DNA of 62,939 bases, filler included, from Reclinomonas americana ATCC 50394 (taxonomy: Eukaryota): NCBI GenBank assembly GCA_048213135.1. It is 6 parts of 6 records of this genome, joined end to end, with 100 filler letters (N's around TTAATTAATTAA, not from the genome) between each part and the next. Parts side by side here need not be neighbours in the genome. Positions count along the whole stretch, not along the records: positions 1 to 17,858 come from AFZH01016932.1; 5 more parts are not named here. The stretch is one strand, 5' to 3'. Positions 1 through 13,725 of this stretch are shown here, one piece after another (position 1 is the stretch's first letter; each line of letters opens with the position of its first letter). Both the position numbers and the translations under genes were made by a program. The notes beneath the pieces were generated by a model that ran no database searches, was not told the DNA's origin, and saw only the letters and a list, made by a program, of their open reading frames with translations.

Positions 1-135
1 AACCCTAACCTAACCTAACCTAACCTTAACCGTTAACCGTAACCGTTACGTACGTTACGTACGTTACGTTACGTTACGTTACGTTACGTTACGTTACGTT
101 ACGTACGTACGTACGTACGTACGTACGACGTACTA

Positions 136-140
<5 letters not shown>
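1..140. repeat. Telomere-like CCCTAA/CCTAA repeat grading into CGTTA/CGTA repeats (real chromosome end or read-end artefact)
   Basis: aaccctaacc taacctaacc... changes gradually to (cgtta)n and (cgta)n; only one perfect CCCTAA. Confidence 0.4.

Positions 141-215
<75 letters not shown>
139..215. repeat. (CT)n microsatellite
   Basis: About 38 uninterrupted CT units. Confidence 0.95.
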
Positions 216-218
<3 letters not shown>

Positions 219-248
219 ACGTGTACTACTGCGTGACGCACTGACTGC

Positions 249-726
249 ATGCTTCTCTCTCTGTCTCTCGTTGTGTGGGTGGACATGTCAGTGGCACTCT
301 TTGCTGCACAGCCGTCGAGTGGTGTGCTGAGCGCCTCAGCGACACCGGCGATGCTGGTGGCGTCCATGATGCGCCTGGCAGAGTCGCCTGCAGGTGCGCA
401 CGTATGCATGTGTGCGTGCATTGATTGATTGATCACACGCGCATTCGTTTTTTTTTTCGCTCAGTGTGGGTGAGCGGTGAGGCGGCGCCAGAGACACTCG
501 AGTGTGACTCGGTGCGGAGAAAGAGGAAGCGCAAGATGAACAAGCACAAGGTTCGCCTGCCTCATTCCCCTCCCTTCGTCCTTCGTTTTCGTGCATGCTG
601 ACTGTGTTGTGTTGTGCGGTGCAGTGGAAGAAGTTGAGTTTGTGCACTCTTGCCGCTGTTGTTGGTGGTGTGGCTCACGCAGGTGTTGTGTGCAGGCGTC
701 GCTGGATGGCTCGTACGAGCAAGTGA
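249..726 (+). CDS. Mitochondrial ribosomal protein mS38 / COX24 (DUF1713)-like; start uncertain
   Basis: Exons ..391, 465-550, 625-632, 696-726 splice to ...ECDSVRRKRKRKMNKHKWKKRRWMARTSK*, matching the mS38 C-terminal SVxRKRxxKMNKHK motif. Confidence 0.8.
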
Positions 727-880
727 GGTGTAGAGAGTGGCGCATTGAGTGCGCATTGAGCGTGCGTGTGTGCGTGGAGAGAACAAACAAAAACGTGGCT
801 GGTACCTTTTAAACACATGCATTATCCTAACCGCTACCCCCTTCCCCTCCCCTTCCCCCTTCTCTCTTTCTTAACTACTG

Positions 881-3800
881 CTATGCCTTGCGCAAGAGGC
901 CGCTTCCACGCTGGCACAGCAGACGCGAACCGGTGCGCACAACGGCGATACCAATGGGAATCACCAGGGCCACCACCACCAGCGCCACAATGACCAGCAC
1001 GGTGATGTTGACAAAGGTAGTCGACACAGAACTCATGGTGACGCTGGCGATGCACACGAGGCCGAGCAGCGACAGGAGCTCCAGACGATTGTCCCACTTG
1101 TTGCGGTAGGGAACCACCAAGAGGTGCACCATGGCGAAGATGGCACACAGCAGCCACTGTGACGCCCTCTTTTCAGTTTCTCTCTCCAATACGAGAATCC
1201 CACACACACACACTGTACTCACCAAGGTCAGATGTAGCGCCGCGAGATCTTGCTGCGAGGCCAGCGGAATCCACACGCTCATGAGCACCACACGACGTGC
1301 CAGCTGCACGCTCTCGTACCAAAACAGCTTGGTGCGATACATGCTGTAGGCCGGCGCGTACCGCCGCACGCGAGCCACCACGGCGCGCGCCTCGGCTGCA
1401 CTCGCGGCCGACACGCATCCTTCCGGTCCCGGGGTGACGTGAGCCGCGCGAATCGTTGAACGCAGACGGAACAAGAAGAGCAGGACAACGAGCGGGAAAG
1501 ACGCCAGCGCCACCGACAGAATGACGAAAACCGGAAAGATGCCGACGTAGGTGTCCGACTTGCTGCCCGAGCATTGAATGCTGTGACAACACAACGGTCA
1601 AGTGAGCTTCCACGCGAGGTGCCGGGGTCGCTGTGACCTCATTGGAATCACCTGGGGATGAAAATGTTGTACGACGCTGAGCCAATGTGGATGCACGAAA
1701 AGTACAAAAAGGCCGAGAACAACTGCGACAACCATGTGAGAGATTGCGGGTCGACAACAACAACAACAACAACAACAACCTGCCCACTCTCACCATGCCC
1801 GGCCACACACTGATCACCAACACCACCGTTGTGCGCACGTAATTGTCGCTTCGAGCCCACCCCTGAATCGCACGCAGAACGCGACCGCAGCCGCGCGTCC
1901 GACCAAACTTGACCACCGACGGCCCGGTTACGCGCTCACTGCTGTCGGCCATGGTCACAGTCATGTCTGTCGATGCACCCGCTGCGGCGCCGGCTGCAGC
2001 CGAACGCGGTGTCACCCCGGCGCCACTGTCCTCATCGCCGTCGTCGCCGTCCATGTCGTCGTCGGCGAGCGAGGGTGCATCAATCACCTGCCACGAACCA
2101 GGTTTCAGTCACGCGACACTCCACCACAACGATCCAAGTGGCCACACGCAACTCCAACGTGATCGTGCAAGTCTAACGAACGCGCTGACATTGTGTCGAG
2201 CTCGGCCTCGTTGATGGGTGGCAGCAGCAGTGGTCGAGCCTTGCCGGCAGATGCGATGCCGCAACCGCATTTCCCCAGCAGCAGCGACAGCAGTTTGTGC
2301 AATCCGTAGACCACCCACAGCAACACAATGGCGATTAGCGGCGACACTGCACGAGGTCCACGATGAGTCAAAACACATTGCACACACGACTGGGAGAGCA
2401 TGAATCTCCGCTGACGAACCGAGGAACGTGGCCAGTTCTCCGAATCCGTCCACCGGGAACGGACAGCGCGAGTTGAAGGGATGTAACCGGAGCGAAAATG
2501 CTGCCTCCAGGTTGGTGTACAGCGTGCCCTGTTGGCGTGTGGGAAGCACAACGTTCAGCACTGGCAAGAAACATGACACAATGCTGCAAGATGTCCACCG
2601 TACCGGATAGATAAGCAGTGCGACAGTCTGCACAAAGAAGAAGAGCATCTGTGCGCATCGGAGTTTAGAACGAGTAATGGATTGTGTGCGCCCCCCCAGT
2701 CCATCTGTTGCACTACCTTGGCCACGGCACTGGTAGAGCCCTGTGAGGCAGCATGCTCAAACAGCACCCAGCAAAACAGAATGCCAATGTGTCCAAGAAT
2801 GACGTCGACATGCGCGTGCGGACACTGCACGCAGATCACCGTGTGAGCAGCATGTCCTGAAAACGGGCTGCACAAAGCAACACACTACGCTTACCTCGAG
2901 ACATGTGTACGACCACTCGCTGTACCCACTGCATCAACAAAGTAAGGTGAGTCAATGTTGCACTTCATCGACGTACACGACACGCACCTGGCACACTCGC
3001 CACAAAGCACACTCGAGGGCACGCGAGTTTCGTCCGAGCAAAAAGAGCCCACAGGACTCAGCAAGCCATTGACGCCCACTGGCGACTTCATGGTCGCCAG
3101 ATTGATCATTCGATCTTGATCGGAGTCGGCTCGACTGCAGTGCGTGAACGGGCACCGAACAGCCACCACCTGTGCGAGCCGTGCTCAGTGACACAAGAAA
3201 ACACGCGGCCAGTCTGCCAACCGCACCTCGCCAGAGGGCCACACTGCAGGCCAGTAGTCGCTGTCGACATAGATTGCTGCTCGGCCACCACACATCAAGT
3301 TGGGCGGGCACTGGAGGCAAGAGTCGGCACTCGGAACCAGCGAAAAGGTGTTTGGTGCACACCTGTAAGCCGGCGGCGAGCGAGCGAGTGAGTGAAAGAG
3401 AACAATCAGGCCGCCGATCAATGCGCACGTAACTCGAGGCAAATGTCGGCGTTGGGGCTGTAGCCAAAGCCGGGACCGCATTTCGAAACCTCCAGATGCA
3501 CTGTCGGCGTCTCACCCGAGAATAGTGCACCACCACCCGTGCTCACAGTCGCCTGCCGCGTCAGTGGCCCGTCCACAGAGAGCAGTATCGAAGCGACACC
3601 CGCCTGGGTGGAGACCAGGTTTCGATTCTACCAGCAGACACCGCAGGTGCGTGTGTGTGAGTACGGTGGGGGAAAATGAACATGAAACGCTTGTTTGTGT
3701 ACCAATACAGGTGCGCGATCCGTGGCGCGCGTCGCTGTTTCCGGATCAAAGCAATTGTTGCAGCTGACGGCGACCACAAAGCCACCTAGCGATATCATCG

Positions 3801-6800
3801 GTTGTCCGAAAACGTCGAGCACCTGCAAGCATGCCGCGATCAGTTGCACACCGACTCAGGAAACTCTGTGCACAAACAAACACAGGACGGCACCGTTGCG
3901 GAAAACACGAAGTCCTGCCCCGGTGTCACTGGCATGGTGGAGTTGGCCACCCGCAAGCCGAACGGCGACGATGCAAAGTCGGCACCTTGACCACCAACGA
4001 TCACGTTGAAACGAACAGTGCCGAACGATGATGGCTTGCACGATTGCAGATTGTGCAACACTGCTCCATCCGCCGAGAAGTAGAGGCCACCACCACTGCC
4101 GAGTCCAAGTGCACTACCTGCAAATCACCGCGCGCTCGTTGTGAGAATCAACAGCACCATCGGTCGGGGACGGTGCCGTCTCGACACGCACCACCAGGAG
4201 GAACAAATGCCACCGCTCGGTTATTCTGTATCAACACATCCGCAAACTGTGGGGTGCAACTGTCTGGATTGAAAGAGTTGCCCAGGGTCGACACAGCAGT
4301 GCCATTGAGGAACAGGCCGCCGCCTCGTAGAGCTGCGCGGGAAAGAAAGAAGTGTGTGAATATAGCAATCGACTCCCACTCCGCCACGGAGCCAGAAACA
4401 TACCAAAATTCTCTGTTACATTGCAGAACTGCAACACCAAGTCGCCGTCGCCACCGTCGTACAGTCCTCCACCGTCTGCGCAGAAGACACTAAGCATGCA
4501 AGCACAGTGTGTGGCGTGACAGCAACATCATGCGGATACACACCAACACTGGCGTGGTTGTAGGAAACGTCGCTATCAAACATTTGGACTCCAGCCGATC
4601 CGATCAGATACAAACCGCCACCTGATAACACGAAACAGTGCGCGCACTTGTGCGTGAGACAGAGAGAGAGAGACAGAAAAAACGGTATGGGGAGACGGAG
4701 GCATTGAGAGGCACCGTTTGTGGCCCTGTTGTACGTTATCTCCATGTCGGACAAGTTGTTGCTGGAGCTGTCAGCGCAGTACAGACAGCCGCCATGCATG
4801 TCGGCCTCGTTGCCACGACACGTGAAGTCGGCGATACTTATTGTAGTGACACCCGCTACACATCAGCGCCATATGTCAGTAACTGCAGGCAAACAGGACA
4901 CAGCAGAGAGAGGGGGTGGCGCGTAGGTCACACACCAATGTGAACGGCACCACCAAACAATGCTCGATTCCCGGCCGCATAGCACCCATTGACAGTCAGG
5001 TCGGCACTACCCACCGCCGAGATTGCGCCACCTGCACGGGGCAAAAGTGAGTGTCCCAACTCCGTCGACGTGCAGACACCACAACAACAAGGCCTGCCGC
5101 ACCGCTGTTGGACTCGTTGCCGACCAGTGTACATTTGGATCCGTGCACATACGCCGATGCCTGACGAGCAATTCACGTGCATGTCAGTGCAAGCACAGTC
5201 AGAGGAGCGATGCCGAGTGCGGCACACGCACCCGATCCTGCACAGCAACGGCACCGCCGTAGCACGGAGCAAGAGTGGTTGTGGGCATGATCGATCCCGA
5301 GCCGATGGCCTGACAGCTGTTGTTGTAAAACTGCGTGTCGAGAGCCTCAATGTGCGCCAATTCTTGCACCGAGATGGCTCCACCTGCAGCACACACACGT
5401 GCCAATCAGCAACCAGGTCAGCAACATTCTGAAAGCAGCCAATCAACGCACCAGAGTTCCACGCCGACAGACGCTCAAACTTTGAGTAGGTGATAGTCAC
5501 AATCGATGCACCTGAAGCACTCACACCACCACCCTTGTGTGCACACACAGCGTGAGTGAGCTAGACTTTTGTGTCTGCGTGGAAGTAGGAAATCGCCAAC
5601 CTTTGAGGGTGGCTGTAGTGGATTATTCGATACAGTGGCCGCAAACACACACTCCTCGATAGTCACGTCAGTCCTGCACAGAGCGACGGTGTCAGTAAAA
5701 GAAATACACCACAGACAAGATTGTGCTCCATTCTCTCGTGCACACCAGCCAGAGGCGAAAATCGATCCGCCGGCAAACAGGGCAAAATTATCGGTAAAAT
5801 TCGTGGCCAGTACGACACCCTCGGCTGCCTGCGCGTACGCAATCGCGCCACCGTAGCCACTGGACATATTCTGTGCGCGTACCAACATGAGCACAGCACA
5901 GCATAGCACGGTGGAAGCAAACAATCACACGGGTGCATAGGTAACCTGGTCAAACTGGCAGCTGGTGATCATCAATACACCTGAGTGTGTCGTCGAGGTG
6001 TGAAACTGTTAGTCAGCGTGCTGAACACATGTCCAACCGACCACAGCGTACCGTTCAAGACAGAGATGGCTCCCCCAATACCAGCACGCGACGACATGGA
6101 AGTCATGTGCAGATAGAATCTGCTGCGATCAAGTTGTACTCCCTGCACCATCGTAAAGCACCAACACAAAACTGAGCAATTACTGAAAACATCATGACCA
6201 CAGCAAACACTGGCCACACGGTTGACGCACGGAGGCGTACTCGAGCATGGCAATACCGCCACCTGCGCATTCATGAGACATTGGGCATGGCATTTCCGCA
6301 CGGACACGCATTAAAACACTGACCTTGTGCGGCGGAACCAAGAGTAAATTGACACTCCAAGATATGAGCTGCTTGACCGACTGCAATGTGTCCTACAAAA
6401 CAAAACGGCCGTGAGCTCCCTCAGGGAGCATTAATAATTGCAGCAAGCGAAACAAGCGTATGACCTCCAAACTGGATGGCGGTGTTTTGAAAGAACACCG
6501 TACCGTGCAGATTCAGTACGCCAGACGTGCTGGCGATGCCACCACCAAAGTCCGCCTGGAGGTAGTTTACTGAGTGAGTCACTCACTCCCTACTCGGTAA
6601 CGCTGAAGAACGTACCGAATTGCCGGCCACACAACCTCCTTCCATTGTCACAGTGGGTATTTCCAAGTGCAGTGCTCCGCCATACCCTCTTCCAACGCAA
6701 AATGGTGAGAACACGCGCACAAGCATGCAAGAAATGCACATCTACACACGGAACCGGTGAGCCACATTGTGGGTGAAATTGGAGTGATTGATAATCAGTT

Positions 6801-9800
6801 CCAGCAAACTATCCGGTACCTGCAGCATCATGCCGATATGAGTCAGCACCGTCGACAACAATGTCTGAGACACAAGCACAGCATCTTTTCGCAACGTAGG
6901 TAGACTTGAATGTGATTACATACATAGCTCCGCCGCCCGCATCGCCTACACCGTCAGCTACTTGAGGGACGCCCAGGACACTGTTGGCCGACAGACTACA
7001 GTCGGTAATGTTCACGGAAACGGTGGGCGCCAGTGTCGTGGGAGACGCCACGAAAATGGCACCTGTGCAGCGCCGTTCGCAAGCGGGTGGAATGAGAAGG
7101 GAGCGACCTCGCAAACTGCTATCCGCGCGAACACCTACCGCCGCCAAAATACTCGCCGCCCAAGTACGGCCCATTGATCCAAAAGACGGCATTCGAGTTG
7201 AACACCGACGAAGTGATGTTGGCCGAGAGTGCCGTCGACGATGGTGACTGTGTTACCAGGTAGACACCAGCACCTCCCTGTGTGGTCCGTGCGTGAGCAC
7301 GAGAGGTTCACAGAAACAGAGAAGAGGTGCACTAACCGCGAACGCGATGCGACTCGATGCAGACGATGACAGCTAGTCAAGCACACACACACACACACAC
7401 CGGATCAGTCACAATGCGCAGGAAGACAACGAAACGGGAGTGTCGTCTCGAGCACCACGTACCTTATTCTGAGAGAACAGCGAGTGATCCATGGACAGAT
7501 TGATTCCGGCATCGGCATTGGTACCTGCACATTATCGCTCAGCGACTGCATCCACGCATCCTCTCGCCAGTTCATAGGCACGCAACTGTTGACAAATATA
7601 AGCATGCCAGCGCCTGTAGACCACGGCGAATGTCAGTGATATAATAATGCAGGCTTGACCGCGGCGACGCACGCGACACGCACCGCCACTGAAATCTTCA
7701 ACAGATGTCGACAACAAGTTCTATCCGAAATCAACAACAACATTAGCATCGCGTTGAGGATCGATGGCTACAACAACCGTCGTCTCCACGCACCGCAACC
7801 GTGTTGTTGACAAACTGGGACGTGGAGCACACTGCGTTCACGTAGCACACACCGCCCACGGAGGAAGCCGCCAACAGGATGCCTGGGTCAGCGAGCAGAT
7901 TGAGTCAGAGGCCGAAAGAACGAACAATGAGACCGTACGGTTCGGCAAGCGCACCAGCACCACCATCGACGGCGTTGCCGTGAGACGTGTAGTGCTGACT
8001 TTGCGACACTGTGTTGTTCACCAGCTTCAAGCACACAGCTCGTTAGAAACCAACTTTCGCATCACACGAATCACATCATTGCACGCACCAAGGTGTCGTG
8101 AATGTCTGCTGTCATCCAGAGTCCAGCGGTTTCACCCACACCAAAGACGTGCACAGCACCACCTCCAACCACACGCAGCGTGACCGACCGACCACTGGTG
8201 AGAATAGCGCTATTGTACGAAAACGTGGACGATAGTAGCGACAGGCTGGTGACCGAGTTGCCCGAGACGGCGATATTCACCAGACCCACCTGCAGTCATT
8301 TGTCGGCGGCCTTGTAAGGAGGGCGACGGGCAAACGACGACATTCGCTGCACGCAACTGCACCACCACCAGCAAGCAGCATGTCATCCGACTGCACGTTG
8401 CTCGCCAGCATGGTGTTGCGCGTAAAGTGGCAATAATGAGCATTCAATGACACGGGCGTGCCGTTGCTGGACACGGTGGTGATCATGGCCACGGCACCGC
8501 CGACAATCCCGACCTCTGCGAATTCGAGTTGGCACAACAATAACACACACACAACAAAAAACACACAACGGCAAACGGACCACCGCCACGGATGCCAGGT
8601 GTCAGCGTTAGCCTGTTGAGAGAAAATGTGTTGTTGGTGAAGCTACTGTGGTCCATGTCCACTGTCATCGGCCCAGGCGGTCCCTGAGAAGTGGACAGGC
8701 CAACAAACAGACCGGCACCACCTGTGTGGAGGAATGCTGCGTCAGGAGAAGCGTGGTACTGTGACGTGCAGTAGCACGTTGCGCACCGCCAAATGCGGCC
8801 AGTCCAAGCATTGACTGATAGCCCTGTATCCAAACCCGGTTGTTGTCAAACACATCTCCCTGCGACATCACCGAGCTGGAACCCTCAGACAACTCGTACG
8901 CCGCTGCAGCAGCAGCACCCACGAAAAGCTTTAGAGTCAATGGAACAGTTTGCATCTCACGGAGAGCACAGGCACGTACCGTCAACACAGAATGCACCGC
9001 CGCCACTGTAGACGGCTGCCTGTGCGTTGGTGGACACGGCGGTCGACGAGTTGGTGACGTTGACCGAGTTGCCCGTGAAGTGGTTCAGACTCATCAGCAC
9101 GGTCGACGATGACGCAGCAGAGCCAAATATGGCCTGCAAAGCGAGTGAGACCTTTGTGCTTCGGGCGAGATACAGACAGCGAGCTCACCGAGGTGGACAC
9201 ACGAAAGGCGCCTGAGCGGGCGAGGGGAGAGAACGCAGCAAAGAAGTTAATGCAAGCAAGAAAAGGAGCGTTTTCGGTCGAACACAGAGACCAACCTCCA
9301 CCAATCAATTCCGTCGGCACCATAACCTGTGGCATGCGGATCACTGTCGACGGCGACCAGTATGGCACGTTAGCAAGTCCTCCTCACTGCTAAGGAAAGA
9401 GGCGAAGCGGCTTACAAACCCGTGAGCGAGTTGTTCACAAACGTTGAGGTGCGCACAGTGGCCGATGTCGTCACGCCAAGGGGTGGACCGGTTCCTGCGC
9501 AACAGCATCAGGAACAGGACACATTGACAGCACGCACATCAGGTACGAAGCGCACCTTGCACAAACACAGCGGCGCCACCAGGAGCTGGTATTCCATCAC
9601 GATCAGAGACCGCAAGAGATTGTCAACATACATACACACGCCTCACAACCCGCCAACATACCGAATGGCAACATTGTAATCATCATCGACTCGGTGAGGA
9701 TCTCTGCAATCGTCACGTATGAGCGACAAAGCAAGCACGCGGTGCGCACCGCCAGCTGCGACTTGCGTACCGTTGTCGCTAAAGTGCGACGAGAGAACAG

Positions 9801-11873
9801 TGGCCTCTACTGTCGCCACTTGTGCGGCCTTGGATGTCAGCGGCTGGTAGGTGACTCCACCTGCATAGAGACAGCCGCCACCGACGACAAGACTGCGCGA
9901 AGCATTGAGTGTCGATGGACACCGCGCTCACCCATTCTGTACAGATTCACGAACCGCGAGGATGTGGATGTTATTCCAGACGTACGGAGCACGCTACCGG
10001 AGCACTGCATGCCGTTGACTGCACAGACGGCACACGCTTGAGTCGCGACGAACAAAGAGAGGTTGGACAAAACGGGGTGACTCACCGTTTACCACCGCGT
10101 TGAGGCTGCAATCGCTAGTTGAAAGCAAGTTCTGCACAGACCCACAGTGAGGCACGAGTAGGACAGGGCGGCACACAAAGCCTGAACGAAACGGTGGCAA
10201 ACACGGTGACCGAGCCGGAGAACAAGGTCATCTCGCTGCCCGTGGTGCTGCTCGAACCACCATCACAAGTGAGCGCTAAGCGAACGCACACTCTATCAAT
10301 CAATCGCTCAAACCTGTTGGTGATGGTTGTTGCATCGCCGACAAACGTCGAGTTCGCAAGCGTGAAGGACACACTCGGCAAAGTCACCGACGGAACCAGA
10401 AGCAAGAGTGTGGAACCGCCTGTGCAAGCGAGTGAGGCGCATCCGAAAATCAATGCACAACGTGAGAGAGTGAAATCCTCACCGACAGCATACAGCTTGG
10501 ACAGAAGGCTGACGGAGGTGATCGTGATGGCATTGTCGGCGCTGGTGTTGTCGTCCCATTCCACCGACATTTGCGAATGTTGGCAGTATGGGCACGAGGC
10601 CAGCACCGCACCGCCGCCCACGATGCCAAGATCTCCCGGCAACGAGTTGGAGAACGACTGGTGTGTCACGACCGACTGTGCGGAATGGCGGCAGAGTGAA
10701 AACACACACACGGAGAGAGAGAGAGAGGCGCATAAAGGGCGTATGCCGAAACGTTTTGTCGGAAAATTGACTGCCGGATCGAAATCACTGGCGATGTCGG
10801 GGGGAGCGTCGCTGAGTCCGGATACGCAAAGTACAAGGCAGCACCTGGCACAGCGAGGAAAGAAGTGAGCAGTAGAGCATGCGGAGCAGTGCGCTCACGA
10901 ACATGGTCTCACCTCCGAGAATGAAACTGTCTGGCTGCTGATCCATCACGTTCACGGCATTGTCGGTGAACGCACAGCCTGTAGCGCGGAGGCTCAATGA
11001 AGAAATCCAGGCTGCAGCGCCACCACGCTTGGCTAGCTTCAGCGTTGGGTTGTAGAACGGCGACGCAGTGTTCGTCCACGACGTGTCGAGCGTCGACCCC
11101 GAAAACGTGCATTGTTGCTGACAAGTGAAAAAACGTGAGTGACAGCTGGCAGGCAAACCTCGTCGCAGCCGCACTCACCATGGAGACTGCGGAGGCCGAG
11201 GCCACCAGCAGTGCACCCTCCACTGTGTTGTCGGTAAACTCACAGTCCGCGAGAGAGACGGTGCCTGCCGTGTTGCCAGCCCACACTCCCAGCGCCCCAC
11301 TGACGCTACCGGAGAACTTGGTCTCGGAGACGGCCACTGCGATGCTGACCGTGGGGACCGACGTGTCTATGGTGACCAGGTACCCACCCGCGCCAGGCTT
11401 CCCCGTGAAGACGACATCCACAGAACGCCAATGCACGTGTGCATCAGTGAAATGCACCCGCGCTGCACCCGACAGCGTCCACTGCACTCGGTCGCTGTGT
11501 GCCTGCACTGTCCAGTTGCCTCGCTGTGCAGTGATGACGGTGTCTGTGGTCGCAAACGCGCCCGGCAGCATCCACACTTGTGCCACATCGGCGGCACTCG
11601 TGATGCGAGCGCGACACTCGGCGAATGCTGCCTCCACTGTGCACGCCTGAGCCACCGAGTCGCAGGGGCCGGTAGTCACCGGGTTTTGCACAGTGGCGTA
11701 CACTGCACGCACAGGTTGGTGAGAGGGAGGGAGGGAGGGCGAGAGAGAGCGCGTTCGGGAGTTCGGAAGTGCCGACCTGTGCACTGCACCGCGGCGCCGA
11801 CTGTGAACAGCTGCGTCAACAGCACTGCCACGAGGAGCGCAGTGGCCAGCAGCCACCGCGAGGGTAACCTCAT
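881..11873 (-). CDS. Very large multi-exon surface protein: signal peptide, Pmp-like GGA(I/V)/FxxN beta-helix repeats, Cys-rich region, C-terminal multi-pass TM domain
   Basis: N-term MRLPSRWLLATALLVAVLL; repeats such as GGAIAY..NFTDNFALFAGGSI and GNRALFGGAVHI; Cys motifs CSDETRVPSSVLCGEC; C-term FWYESVQLARR and PYRNKWDNRLELLSL. Not every exon was traced, so single-gene status is inferred. Confidence 0.75.
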
Positions 11874-11970
11874 GCTCGACGGCAGTCTAACAGTGATGGG
11901 TGGGATCTGATGGCATGACATTTAACAAGTACATTTTTTCTCTCTCGCGGCTTCTCTCGCGACTGAGCGT

Positions 11971-13645
11971 TCAGTGGGGCGGTGAGGGTGGCAGCCGCTT
12001 AATGTACTCGTCACGAAGCATCTGCGACAGGGAGGCATGGGTGATACAAGCGACAACGCAGCACGTCTTGCGGAAGTCGGTTACGAACCTGGAGAGCGTC
12101 GCGTCGGAGCTGAATCGACCACACCTGCTGTACAAACGCATCGTCGTCGACGTGGGCAATAAGCTCCGCTACGTTGGCGAGTCGTGGTAGGAACACGTCT
12201 TGTGGATTGCCGAGGATAAAGTCTGCACGGCGAAGTTAGTCATCGCCTGTACCACTCCGTCACGCTGCGGGGCGCTTTTTCTCTCACCGTGCCCGATTCG
12301 CATAATGGCGAGTGTCACCTGGAAGAACACAGTCCACCCTCCGTAGAAGAACAAGTCCCATATGCGCATGCACAAGCCAAAGGGAATGTTGGTGGCGGTG
12401 AAGAGAGACAGGATCCAGCGTGACATGTACGTCGCCGGATCGGTGAAGTGTGTCTCCTGTCGCAAGAGTGAGCCACCGCAAACGCACACACACACATCTA
12501 TATCGATACACGTACCATGTGGGCCGCCAGGTCCGGAAACACAATGGAGAGCAATCGCTGGAACTGGTGGAAGCGCACCAGCAGACCGGGCATGCCACTG
12601 ACAAACAGCTCACGCATGCAGTAGCGGCCCATGAGCTGCGTCAGAGCCCAGAACGCATCCTCCTCCGGCAAGTAGATCAGCAACGTGCCAGCAATGAAGG
12701 CCATGCCCTGCGTGTAGCCGAGCTTCGGATCGTACGAGGCATACGCGCGCAACACTCGCGACAGAGCGCGAACCCTGCACCAATGCTCAGCTGGGAGGCA
12801 CCATGGTAAGAAGCGCAGACGCAGATGGAGAACGTACCCTTCGCCATCCTTCTTCAGGTACAGCTCGTGGCACGGCAGTGTTCTCGTCACATCCTTTTCG
12901 ATCTTGTCTTCATAGCCCGTCTCCAGCGCGCACAGTTTCTGTGGAGGTGTGATCAGAATCGGGGCACTGTACCATCGCGCTCTCTTTCTCTCAGGCACCC
13001 AACCTCATACAAGCCAGTCTTTCGCTGACTCAACGACGCCACATCCAGCATGTGCGTCCACACCAGTCGCCTGTGGTGGTTCGGCACCCCAATCTCCCAC
13101 ACCAAACGCCCCAATTCGCGCTTCCCCGACGCACTCAGTGGCTGCGTCCAGTCGCGCGTCTCCACAATCAAGCGCTCCCATGCCTCGCCCAGTCGTTGCC
13201 GCGCAGGCACCGGCGATGGCGTCGATGACTGTGTGTGTGAATGAGAGCTCTCACTCGCACCCTCGCGCGCGCGCGGAGTCGACTGACTCACCCCTGCTGC
13301 CACTCGTGACTCTGGCGCGCTTCGTGGTGCCAGCGAGGGCTTGGCCTTGCGCGCACCCTCCTCTGTGGCCTCCACAGAGACCACCACCACTGTGGAGTCG
13401 ACCTCGTCGCCACTGTCGCTGTCGGCGGCGAGGCCTCCCGAGGAGGAGCCAGAGGCCGGCAGAGAGGAGGACTGCTCGAGGGAGGCAGCAGCGTCGAGGC
13501 TCGATGCCGAGGCCGAAGAGGAGCTGGCGCGCGCCACTGCGCTCTCAAAGTTGGGCGCGCCCGACATCCCGCGCGCGCTCAGCAGGAAGCCGTACTCGTC
13601 AAAGAGCGGCGGGGGAGAGGCACATGAGGAGCCGCCCGTGGACAT
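11971..13645 (-). CDS. TBC-domain Rab GTPase-activating protein
   Basis: FDEYGF, IEKDVTRT (IxxDxxR finger), GYTQGM (Gln finger), RIWDLFF motifs across GT-AG introns. Confidence 0.92.
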
Positions 13646-13725
13646 GAGGGCGGCGCTTCACTTCTCTTTGCTGCTCAAACAAACTGTATGTCGATCGACC
13701 GACTGCAGCGATCTTCACTTGCGAA

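Noticed and set aside
10119..11650. Long plus-strand ORFs, and many similar antisense ORFs across the window
   Set aside because: Shadows of GC-rich exons on the other strand; no recognisable motifs
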